A DNA stretch of 64,000 nucleotides from Thermoplasmata archaeon (lineage in GTDB: Archaea > Thermoplasmatota > SW-10-69-26 > JACQPN01 > JAJPHT01), in the NCBI GenBank assembly GCA_034667685.1, contig JAXDQU010000054.1, forward strand, positions 1-64,000. The letters run 5' to 3'. Position numbers and translations under genes: made by a program. Below, one piece after another: positions 18,140-29,200 of this stretch (positions are counted from its first letter, which is position 1; every line of letters begins with the position of its first letter). The notes beneath the pieces were generated by a model. That model was not told where the DNA came from, did no database searches, and saw only the letters and a program-made list of their open reading frames with translations.

Positions 18140-19489
18140 GTGCGACGGAGCGCGTGGGCGGTGGCATTCGGACTGGCGCTGGCGATCCTGCTGGCCCCCG
18201 CCGCCGGCGCGACCGCGGGCGACGCGAGGGTCCGCGCGAAGGGGCTCGACGCGGACGGGCGGATCGCGTGGCAGGGCCAGGCGTTGGCGGCCTTCGAGCG
18301 CGGCCCGGCGGAGGGCTGGGTCCTCCGCGCGCCGCACGTGCGGATCGACGTCTACTCCGAGACGCAGGCGACCACCCTGAGCGTCCAGACCGTCGTGAGC
18401 AAGACGAGCCGGCACTTCGACGCGACCGACGCGCGCGTGCTGCTCTCGGGCTACGGATGGTGGGGCCTCGACCGGCCCGCCTGGTTCGACGGATCGACGC
18501 AGGCCGTCGAGTTCCTGCCCGCGACCGTGATGGGCGACGACTCGCCCGCCGACCACGAGGACGAGAACTCGACGCACTTCGGCCTGCTCGTGCGCGGCCC
18601 CCTCACCGCCGGCGAGGCGCAGGGCTCGCTCGCGGGCGCCCTCCACGTCAAGCTCTTCGGGCCCACGGTGCGCGTCGAGTCGGCGCAGGGCGACCAGGAG
18701 ATCCAGACGGGCAGCGTGCAGCAGACGGCGCTCGTGGAGAACCTGACGTGGGTCGTCGTCACGGCGGAGGACGCCACGCTCACGCTCGGCCCCGCCGGCG
18801 CGCGCGTCGCCACCTCCAACGCGACGCTGGCCTGGGACGGGAAGGCCTGGCTGCGCGGCGCCTCGGGCCACCTGCTGGCCGGCGGGCACGACCAGACGCT
18901 CGCGGGCGACGTGGCGCTCACCTGCCGCTGCACGGGGACGCTCGCGCCCGGCGCCGACGAGCTCGTCCTGCACGGCGACGTGCGCGCCACGTCGATGCGG
19001 GCGCCGCTCGCGCGCGACTCGCCCGATCCGGGCGCGCCCTTGACGATGACGCTGATCCTCGTCGCGGGCGTCGCGGTGGGCGCGTGGCTCTACCGCGTCT
19101 GGCAGCGCCGCGAGGTGCCGGTCGACGCGGAGGAGTGCTCGCGCCTCGCCGACGCCGCGATGGAGGCCGGGCGCGCCGAGGACGCGGTGCGCTGGATCCG
19201 CCGCGCGAGGCTGCTCGCGCCGGCCAGCGCGCGGCTGGCGATGGACGAGGCGCACGCGCACGCCGCGCGGGGCGACCACGCCAGCGCCCTGCGCGCGCTC
19301 GACCAGGCCGCGCGCCTCGCGCACGACGGCGAGCCCGACTTCCAGGCGGCCGCGCTGCTGCTGGCGCGCGGCGAAGAGAAGGAGGCGGAGCGGCGCATGC
19401 GCCTCGCGTTGGCGCGTTCGCCGGACCTCGCGCGCGAGCTGCACGCCGACCCGGCGCTGCGCGTGCTGGCCGAGCTGCTCAGGGAATGA
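18140..19489 (+). CDS. Signal peptide + beta-rich ectodomain + TM + cytoplasmic TPR protein
   Basis: AVAFGLALAILLAPAAGA signal, LTMTLILVAGVAVGAWLY TM, TPR helices. Confidence 0.75.
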   Translation: MRRSAWAVAFGLALAILLAPAAGATAGDARVRAKGLDADGRIAWQGQALAAFERGPAEGWVLRAPHVRIDVYSETQATTLSVQTVVSKTSRHFDATDARVLLSGYGWWGLDRPAWFDGSTQAVEFLPATVMGDDSPADHEDENSTHFGLLVRGPLTAGEAQGSLAGALHVKLFGPTVRVESAQGDQEIQTGSVQQTALVENLTWVVVTAEDATLTLGPAGARVATSNATLAWDGKAWLRGASGHLLAGGHDQTLAGDVALTCRCTGTLAPGADELVLHGDVRATSMRAPLARDSPDPGAPLTMTLILVAGVAVGAWLYRVWQRREVPVDAEECSRLADAAMEAGRAEDAVRWIRRARLLAPASARLAMDEAHAHAARGDHASALRALDQAARLAHDGEPDFQAAALLLARGEEKEAERRMRLALARSPDLARELHADPALRVLAELLRE

Positions 19490-20243
19490 GGCTGCGCAGG
19501 AGCGTCTCGGCCGTCACGATGCCCGCGATCCTGCCGGCTCCGTCCTGCACGAGCGCGTAGCCCCAGCTCTCGATGGCCGCGGCCACGGCGTCGAAGCCCG
19601 CGCCCGCCGGCACGACGCCCGACGCGTCGTCGGCGAAGCCGCCCAGCGCGTCCTTGAGCGGCCGCTGCTTCTCGCTCACGGCGTCCATGCGTCCCTTGTC
19701 GGCGTTGTTGGCCTCGAGGACGAGCACGTCGCGCCGGTGGACGACGCCCTGCAGGCGCCCCGCCGCGTCGAGCACGGGAAGATGGTCGACGTACTCGTGC
19801 GTGAAGGCATGCAGCGCCTCGCCCAGCGTCTGCTCGGCGCGCAGCGCGGTGACGGGCACGGCCAGCTCGCGGGCGTTGCGCGTTGCGGCCCCGCGCTCGC
19901 GCGCGACGTCGATCGCGCTGACGTAGCCGGCGAGCTTGCCGCGCTTGTCCTCGATGGGCAGGAACGCGGCGCGCAGCTCGGACATGCGGCGCGCGACCTC
20001 GTCGAGCGAGGCCGTCTGGGGAAGCGCGCGGGTGACAAGGGCGTAGTTCTCGATCTTCGCCTTGTCGTCGAGCCGGCGCGAGGAGAGCGCGCGCTCGTTG
20101 ACGATGCCGAACGGCTTCCCGTCGTCCATGACGATGGGGAGCTTGTCCGCGTCCCCTTTGAGCCAGCCCATGACCGCGTGGAGGCCCTCGCGCTTGTCGA
20201 CCGCCTTGTAGTCGGTCCGGAGGTAGGAGGAAAGGTCGGCCAT
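19479..20243 (-). CDS. CBS-domain protein (several CBS repeats)
   Basis: LPIVMDDGKPFGIV, LPIEDKRGKLAGYVS, LPVLDAAGRLQGVV, GRIAGIVT. Confidence 0.85.
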   Translation of the reverse strand: MADLSSYLRTDYKAVDKREGLHAVMGWLKGDADKLPIVMDDGKPFGIVNERALSSRRLDDKAKIENYALVTRALPQTASLDEVARRMSELRAAFLPIEDKRGKLAGYVSAIDVARERGAATRNARELAVPVTALRAEQTLGEALHAFTHEYVDHLPVLDAAGRLQGVVHRRDVLVLEANNADKGRMDAVSEKQRPLKDALGGFADDASGVVPAGAGFDAVAAAIESWGYALVQDGAGRIAGIVTAETLLRSLIP

Positions 20244-20298
20244 CGCCGGGATTGGCTCCGGCGCATGCATAATCGCTTTGACTCGCCCGAAGGAGGAA

Positions 20299-23200
20299 TC
20301 ACCGCTTGGCGAGCGTCAAGCGCGCCGAAGCGAGCACGCGGTCCCCCTCGCGGCGCGCCTCGATCGAGATGCCCTCGCCCTGCATCGCCGCGAAGCGCTC
20401 CTTGGCCGCGCCGCGCAGCTCGACCTGCACCTGGCCGCCGGCGGCGTGGAGCCGGATCTCGTGGAGCGGGAGCGAGAGCCCGGCGCCCAGCGCCTTGAGC
20501 ACGGCCTCCTTGGCGGCCCACGCGAGCGCCAGCGCAGCCGGGCGCGCGTGCCCCGCGGGGAAGCCGGCGCGTTCCTCGGGCGTGAACGCCTCGTCCTCGA
20601 AGGCGGACGCGCGCGGCTCCACGACCTCCAGGTCGATGCCGACGCGCTCGCGGTCGACGTCGTAGAGCGCGGCCGCGCCGGCCCCGCCCGCGTGCGAGAG
20701 CGTGATGCCCCTGGCGCCGTGCGCGAGCGGCGCGCCGTCCGGGCCGCGCAGGATCGGCATCTGGCTCCACGGACGCGCGTCGCCCGCGGCGCGAAGCGCG
20801 GCCTTGGCCGCCAACGTCGCGGCGAGCCAATCCTCCTTGCGCTTCGTGACGGGCAGCGCGGAGAGCGCGGCCTGCTCGTCGGGTGATAGCACGCCCGACC
20901 AGAGGCCGGGCCGCTCCAGGAGCGCGCGCGCCGTCTCGACGCCCACGCGCGTGACGTTGGTGCCGCCCACGTGCACGACGTCGTGCAGCCAGGGCGCGAT
21001 GCCCGGAAGCGCGGCGGGGCCCGTGACGATGAGCGCGACGCCCTGCATCGCGATGGCGACCTCGCCGTCCACGATGCATTGCACGTCGCCCTTGACGCGG
21101 TTGTCCTCCAGGCGCGCGTGCGCGACGCGGTACGTGGCGCGGCCCGGCTCGAAGGGGCCGAAGAGGTCGACGCGCCCCACGCGCTCGGGAAGCGCCATGA
21201 CGCCGCCCACGGCGAGGCCCCAGAGGCCCAGCGCCTGGAACGCGCCCTCCATGAGCGCGGCCGCGGGCGGGATCCCCTCGGCGGGGGCGCGGCCCGCGCA
21301 CTCGATGCCATCCGACGCGGCGCGCGTCGGGCGTGATAGCACCTGGAACGCGGGGCCATGGAAGAACGGCGGGTAGACCCGCTCCGCGCTCCAGGGGTGC
21401 CCGGCGGCGCTCCACGGCGCGGGGCGCGGCGCGGCCGTGCCGAGCAGGCGCGCGGTGAAGTGCGTGCGCGGCTGGCGAAGAGGACCCGGAGGGACGGAGG
21501 TGACGGAGGCCCTGCCGCCGCTCTCGACGTGCACCGTGATATCAACGGGCTGGTCGCGCAGCAGCTTCACCGGGTACGCGAAGTGCACGTCCTCCATCGC
21601 GGGGACCGGCGTGGGCGACGCGCTCGTCATCGCGCTCATGCCCAGGACACCCGCGAGGTAGGGCACGCCCTCGACGCGGTGGTCGTCGAGCGCCGGGTCG
21701 GTGGCGCGCAGGGTCTGCGTCGATCCGGCGGGCTGCCCGACGGGCTCCTCGTGCGGCTGCGCCTCGAGCTGGCCGAGGCCCTTCGCGAGCACGACCTCGG
21801 GCTCGTCGAGGCGCGCCAGCTCCGAGAGGAACGCGGAGACGCCCTCCGCCGTGGTGATGGGCTCGACGCCCGCGGCCTTGAGCACGGTGAGCGTGCTCCC
21901 CTTCGTCGCCATGCCGACCTCGCCCCACGGGCCCCAGGCGAACACGGAGGCGCCGACGCCCTTGGCGCGCAGCGCGCGGGCCAATTTTGATATCGCGTCG
22001 TTGGCGGCGGAGTAGTCGGCTTGCGCCGCGTTGCCGTAGCGCCCCGCGACGCTGCCGAACATGACGAAGAACGCCGGCGGCTCCTTCTCCAGGAGACGCG
22101 CGAGGGCGAACGCGGCCTCGGCCTTGGGCTTCCACGCGCGGTCGAAGGCGCCTTCGTCCTTGTCGGCGAGGCGCTTGCTCTCCTCCAGGCCCGCGGCGTG
22201 GATGACGCCGTGGATGCGCCCGAAGCGCGCGCGGACGTCGTGGACCGCGCGCTCCAGCGCCGCGACGTCGGAGGCGTCGGCCTGCACGTACTCGGCGGTG
22301 GCGCCCAGCGCGCGAAGCTCGGCGAGGTTGCGCGCGATCTCCGCCTTGGCGCGCAGCGGCGCGACGCGCTTCTCGATGGCGACGGGCGTGACGCGCTCGC
22401 CGGCGGCCTTGAGGTCGGCCATCGCCTGCTCCTTGGCGCGCGTCTCGTCGAACGCTTCGCCGGTGGGCGGCGCGGTGCGGCCCAGGAGGACGAGCGTCGG
22501 CTTCTGCGGCGCGAGCGCCTTGAGCGCTTCCGCGGTGATGCCGCGCGCTCCGCCCGTCACGAGCAGCACGGCGCCCGCGGGCAGCTTGGGGTGCTGGCCG
22601 TCCGTCGTGCCCGCCTCGATGGTGCGCACGACGACGCGGCCGCGCGCGGAGCGGCCCACCTCGACCAGCGAGCGCTCGACGCGCAGCTCCGCCTCGACGT
22701 GGTGGACGCGGCGCGCGACGTCCTCGGCGGGATCGAGGTCCAGCGCGCGCACCCACGCCTTGGGGAACTCGGCCGCGAGCGCCTTCGCCATGCCGGTCAG
22801 GCCGCCCTGCTCGGGGTGCGCCGCGTGGTCGATGCCGCTGTGGCCGCCCATCTCGGTGACGACGAGCAGGCCGAGCCTTCCGTTGTCGAGGTCGTTGGCG
22901 CGGCTGCGCGCGAAGAGGAACAGCTCGCGCGCGGGGCCGCTGAAGATCGCGATATCACCTTGGGCGTGCGGCCACTTGTGGCGCAGCGCCTCGGCGAGCG
23001 CGCCGTGCCCGGCCACGAAGGCGGATCGCGTGGCGCTCCCCTCGGCGTGCGCGGGCGAGACGCGCGGCACGCGACGGACGAGCGCGGTGGCCGGCGCGTT
23101 CACGCGCGCCGTGTCGAGCGGCGCGGCGCTGGCGGCCGTCTGCGCGGCGGTGGCGCGGCCCGCGTGCGTGCTGATGAAGCCCGCGACGTGGCTCATCGTC

Positions 23201-26200
23201 GGGTAGTCCTTGAGGTTGACGCCCTCGATGCGCGGGATGCCGAACGCCTCGCGCAGCTCGCCGAAGATCTCGGCCTGCTTCACGGTGTCAATGCCCAGGT
23301 CCGCTTCCATGTCGAGGTTCGGATCGAGCATCTCCGGCGGGTAGCCGGTCTTCTGCGCGACGAGCGCCACGACCTTCGATAGCACGTCGTGCGCGGCGCC
23401 GGGGCCCTTCTGTGGCGCGGGGGCAGGCTGCGGCGCGGCGGGGTTGGGCGCGAACTGCGCGGGCGGCGCGGTGAACGGCACGGGCGGCGTGGGCGCCATC
23501 GCCTCCGCCACGGTCGGCGTGCCCGACATGCGCGAGACGAGGTAGTCGGCCACCTTCGCCAGCGTCGGGATGTCCTTGAGCGTCAGCTTGTCGTCGCGCG
23601 GCAGCCCGTAGCTCTCGCGCAGGATGCCGAAGATCTCCGCCTGCTTGACGGTGTCAATGCCCAGGTCCGCCTCCATGTCGAGGTTGGGATCGAGCATCTC
23701 GGGCGGATAGCCCGTCTTCTCGGCGACGAGGCCCATGACCTTCTGGACGACGGCCTCGCGCGGGACGCCGGCGACCGGGGAGGCCGGCGCGGGCTTCGGC
23801 GCCTCGGTCTGGACCGGCACGCTCACGGGCGGCGCGGGCGCCACGGTCGCGTTGCCGGTGACGCGGAGCACGCGCCCCTGCATCGCCGTCTTGGCGCCGC
23901 TGCCGCCGACGCACTGGTCGAGGAACGATTGATAGCGCGTGGCGTCCGCGACGCGGGCATCGCCCTGCGCCATGCGCTCGAAGAACGCCATCGCGAGCTG
24001 CGAGCCGAAGCCCGCGCTGAAGCGCATGGCGAACCGGCGCTGGTGCGCGCCGCCGCGGCTGAGGTTCAGGTCGGCGAACTCCGGGTCGACGTCGCGCAGG
24101 TTGGCGATCGGCGGCACCTTGCCGTATTGCAGCGACTTGACCGCGAGGGCGTCCTCGATGCCTGCGCCCATCGGGTGGCCGGTGAAGCCCTTCGTGTTGG
24201 TCACGAGGACCTTGGTCGCGCCGCTGCCGAACGCCGCGCGCATGGCGGCCGCCTCGGCCGACGCGGAGCCGCCGCGGGCGGGCGTGTACGTCTCGTGCGA
24301 GACGAAGATGGTGTCCTGGCCGAGCGCGTCGACGGCGAGGTTCAGCCGCCTCGCGGCGGCGTCGACCAGCGCCTTGGCCTCCTTGGCGATGTGCTCGACG
24401 TGGAGGCGCGAGCCGTGGTACGCGCTGTTCGCGATGCGGGTCGCGACGAGCCGGGCGACGGGCGTCATGCCGCGCGCCTCCACGTCCTCGCGGCGCTCCA
24501 GCACGAGGCCGACGGCGCCCATGCCGATGATCATGCCGTGGCGGCGGCGGTCGAACGGAAGCGCGCCTTCCTCGACGCTGCCGGCGGTGGTGGCCGCGCC
24601 GGAGACGAGGAAGCCGCTGCCGATCCACTCCAGGAGGTTCTCGGAGGTCACGTCGTCCGCGCCGACCACCACGACGCGTCGCGCTCGGCCGGTGCGCATC
24701 CAGTCCTCCGCGATGGCGATGGCCTGCGTGCTGCTGCTGCACGCCGCGTTGACCTGCGTGTTGGGCCCGCGCGCGACGATCGTCTCGGCAAGCTCGGCGT
24801 GCCCGAGGCTGAGGATGCTGAAGAGGAAGTGGCGGTTGAACGCCGCGACACCGTCCTCGTCGCCCGCGAGCTCGTGCAGCTCGTGCGCGTGCTTGGCGTA
24901 GAACGCGCTGATGCGGCTCTTCTTCTCGACGGGCACGGCGTCCAGAAGCTCGTGGTAGAGCGCGTCGAGCTCCGTGAGCGTGGCCTTCGCGTAACGCCTC
25001 GCCAGGTGGCGGCTCACTTCCTGCACGAAGTTGTCGTAGCCGGGGAACGCGCTGGCGAAGATGATGCCGGTGTCGTCCTGCATGTGCGGAGGCAGCACCC
25101 AGTCGCCGGGGAGGATCTTCCCGGTGGTCGTGCGCTTCATCTCCTGCACCATCGGGATGCCCGCGTCCCGCAGCGCCTCGTAGGCCGCCGCGATGGCGAG
25201 CTTGCTGGTGATATCAAGCGTCTTGAGGAGCTTGGGATCGACGGCGTAGTCGCGCTCCATGTCGAGCCCGCCCTTGCGCCCGGCGAGCTTGAGGACCTCG
25301 CTGGCGTCCTTCACGGGCTCCATGCGCGGCTCGCCCTCGCCCTTCACGAGCCGGACGATCTCCTTGTCGAGGAACTTGCCCGCCCATTGCGTGTCGAGCC
25401 GGTCGATGCGGTTCTCGCCGCGGAAGAGCGCCTCGAAGTTGTCGTCGCCGAAGATGCGCTTCGCGGAGCCGGGCAGCCCCGCGGCCGCGCCGCTGACCAC
25501 GACGTCGACGGGGAGCAGGCCATAGCGCGAGAAGGCGCCCTCGGCCTCCTTCAGGCGCGCAAGCTCGCGCTGGAAGCCATCAAAGCTGCTCTTGAGCGCC
25601 GCGTCGAGCATGGGCTGGACGCTGGTGCGGAACGCCTCGTAGCTGCCGTCCGTCGGGCCGACGACCTGCGTCGGGCGCGGCGCCGCGGCCTGCGGCATGG
25701 CCTCGGTGGCGTCGCCGCTGGGCAAGGATAGCTCGAACCCGACGGCGCCCAGCTTGGCGACCGAGTCCAGGAACGAGGCGAGGTCGCCGCGCTTGGGGTG
25801 GTTCGTCGTGACCGCGAGCACGGCCTGGCCCAGGGTGGCCTCGACGAAGCCCGAGAGCGCGCGCTTCGGGCCGACCTCGACGAAGATCGTCGCGCCCGCG
25901 GCCTGCATCGCCTTCAGCTCCGCGATCCACTCGACGGGCGCGGCGATCTGCTTGGAAAGGATATCACGAATCGCGTCGGGGCTCGCGGGGTAGAGCGTCG
26001 CGTCGATGTTCGTGTAGCACGGGATGCGTGGCGCCTGGAAGCCGAGCCGATCCAGCACGCGGCGCAGCGGCTGCGCGGCGGGCGCCACGATGCTCGTGTG
26101 GAACGCGGCGCTCACGTTGAGCTGCATCACGTCGATGCCCATGCTTTTGGCGACCTGCATCGCCTTCTGCACGGCCGGCGTCTCGCCCGCGATCACGGTC

Positions 26201-29200
26201 TGCACGGGACAGTTCTTGTTGGCCGCGACGACGTAGCCGGGCACCTGGCGGAGCACCTGCTCGACCTGCTCGGGGCCCGCGGAGACGGAGGCCATCAGGC
26301 CCTTGTCGGGCACCTGGACGCCGGCCATCTCCTTGCCGCGCGCCGAGACGGCGAGCAGCGCGTCTTCGAACGATAGCACGCCCGCGGCCACGAGGGCTGC
26401 GTACTCGCCCAGCGAGTGGCCGCCTACCATGTCCGGCTTGATGCCGTGCTCGGCCAGCAGGCGGAAGATGGCGACGTCGGCCGCGAGCATCGCGGGCTGC
26501 GTCACCTCGGTCTGCTTGAGCGACTCCTCGGCGCGCGCCACCGCGGCCGCGTCCTTCGGGTCGACCCAGAGCAGCGTGGTGAGCTTGCTTCCGAGCAGCG
26601 GCTCCAGCACGCGGTCCGCCTCGTCGAACGTCGCGCGCACCACCGGGTAACGCATGGCAAGCTCGCGGCACATGTTGGCGTACTGCGAGCCCTGGCCCGG
26701 GAAGAGGAACGCGACCTTGCCCGTGGGACGGCCCTCGGCGAACGCGGCGCCCTTGACCTTGAGCGGGAGCGCCTGGCGTCCCTTCGGGTCGAGGATCAGC
26801 GGCGCGGCGGCTTCGAGCGCGGCGGCGAGCCCGGCGCGGTCCTGCGCGCCCAGCCCCAGGCGCACGCTGCGGGTGTGCGCGCGGGGCGTCCGCACGTGGC
26901 GCGCGGCCTGCTCCAGCGTCGCGGCGGCCTTGACCTGTGCGACCGCGGCCTTCGCCTCCGCGGCCAGGCCTTCCACGCTGTCGGCCGCGAGCACCACGAC
27001 CTCGCCCTCGATCTGCGGGGCGAGGGCGGCGGGCGCGCGGGCCTGCAAGGGCGCGGCCGCGGGCTTCGGCTTCGCCGCGTGGTACTCGGGCAGGAATTCC
27101 TCGAGGATGACGTGGAAGTTCGTGCCGCCGAAGCCGAACGCGGAGACGGCGGCGCGGCGCGGCTCGCCCGTGGGCGTCTTGGGCCACGGCTCGGCGCTCG
27201 TCTGCACCTTGAAGGGGACCTTGCTCCAGTCGATGTTCGGGTTGGGCGTCTGGAAGTTGATCGACGGCGGGAGCGTCTTGTGGTGGAGCGCGAGCGCGGC
27301 CTTGAGCATGCCCGCGGCACCCGCGGCGCTCTTGAGGTGGCCGATCTGCGACTTGACGGAGCCGAGCGCGACGCTCTGGGACGGGAGCGGGCCGAAGACC
27401 TCGGCGATGCTCTCGACTTCGACCACGTCGCCGACCTTGGTGCTCGTGCCGTGCGCCTCGACGAGCTGCACGTGCTTGGGCTGGACCTCGGCGACCTGGA
27501 AGGCGCGCTTGACGGCGAGCTTCTGGCCGTCGGGGTTGGGCGCGGTGATGCCCTTGCCCTTGCCGTCGCTGCTGCTGCCCATCCCGCGGATGACGCAATA
27601 GATGCGGTCGCCGTCGCGCACCGCGTGAGATAGCTTTTTCAGGAGCAGGATCGCGACGCCCTCGCCCATGACGAAGCCGTTGGCGCGCGCGTCGAAGGGG
27701 GTGCTGCCGGTGGGCGAAAGCGCGCCGATCTTGCAGAACTTGACGTAGGTCGCGGGGTCCATGCTGCGGTCCGCGCCGCCGCAGAGCACCATGTCGGCCT
27801 CGCCGCCGAGGATCGCCTTGACGGCGGTGTCGAGCGCGGCGTGGCTGCTGGCGCACGCGGCGTCGGTGGTGAGGTTCTTGCCGGTGAGATTCAGCACGTT
27901 GGCGAGCCGGCCGGCGATGACGTTTGATAGCTCGCCGGGCATCGAGTCCTCGGTGATGGTGGGCAGCGTCGCCTTGAACTGCGCGAGCGCGCGGTCCACG
28001 TCGGCGGCCGGCATCGACTTGCGCAGCGCTGCGGCGAACTCCGCGGCGTGCATGCGCTTCGAGGTCTCGTCCTTCATCTCGCCGCCCAGCGAGTTGCCCA
28101 GGATGACGGCGCAGCGCTGGCGATCGAACGGCTTGCGGTCATACCCCGCGTCCGCGAGCGCCTCGGCAGCCGCCGTCAGCGCCATCTGCTGCACGGGGTC
28201 GAGCGCCTTCGCCGTGTTGGGCGGGATGCGGAACTTCAGCGCGTCGAAGCGGAAGCCGGTGATGAAGCCCCCGATCTTCGCGTAGGTCTTGTCCTCCTTC
28301 GTCGGGTCCGGGTCGTAGTGCACGCTCGCGTCCCAGCGGTCGGCCGGGACCTCGACGATGCAGTCCACCTTGTTCAGGACGTTCTGCCAGAACTCGCCCG
28401 CGTTGTTCGCGCGCGGCAGCACGGCGCCCACGCCGATGATCGCCACGGCCTCCTCGTGCGGCACCGTCTCGAAGCGCGGCGCGGTGACGGGCTCCGCGTT
28501 CAGCCGGGTGTGCCCGATGGGCGCGGCGGGGGGCTCGGCCATCCGAGGATCGGGCATCGCCTCGCGCGGGGGAGGCGAAGGGATGCTGGGGGAGGCGGAG
28601 GGAGGTGGGGGGAGGCTGGGGGTGGGCGCCGCGCCCATGCGCCCCGCGAGATAATCCGCCACTTTCTCGAGCGTCGGGATGTCCTTGAGCGTGAGCTTGT
28701 CGTCGCGCGGCAATTGATAGCTTTCGCGCAGGATGCCGAAGATCTCCGCCTGCTTCACCGTGTCGATGCCGAGGTCCGCCTCCATGTCGAGGCCGGGGTC
28801 GAGCAGGTCCTTCGGGTAGCCGGTCTTCTGCGCCACGAGGTCGATGACCTTCGCCAGGACCGCAGCCCGCGTAGCGGGCGAGGACCCCGACGAAGCCGCA
28901 GCTTCGTTGAGGACTTCCTCGCGCTTCGCTCCGGACGCGGCGGGCGCGGGCGGAGCGGCGGGCGCAGCAGCGGGCGCCGGGACCGGCGCGGGCGGGGGCG
29001 GCGGAGGGAGGCTCGGGGAGGCGGAGGGAGGCGGGGGGAGGCTGGGCGCGCCGAGGTCGCTGCGCACCTGCGCGATCGCGCCCGCGAGCGAGCCGGCGCG
29101 CTTGGCGAGGAACGGCGCGAGCAGCGCGTCGCGGCCCACCTTCAGGCCGCTGGGCAGCGTGGCGGAGCCGCCCGCGAAGTCGTTCGCGCCGAGCCGCGCC

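Noticed and set aside
23165-28870. DNA repeats within the megasynthase as possible CRISPR or misassembly
   Set aside because: They are in-frame ACP and linker paralogues with synonymous differences
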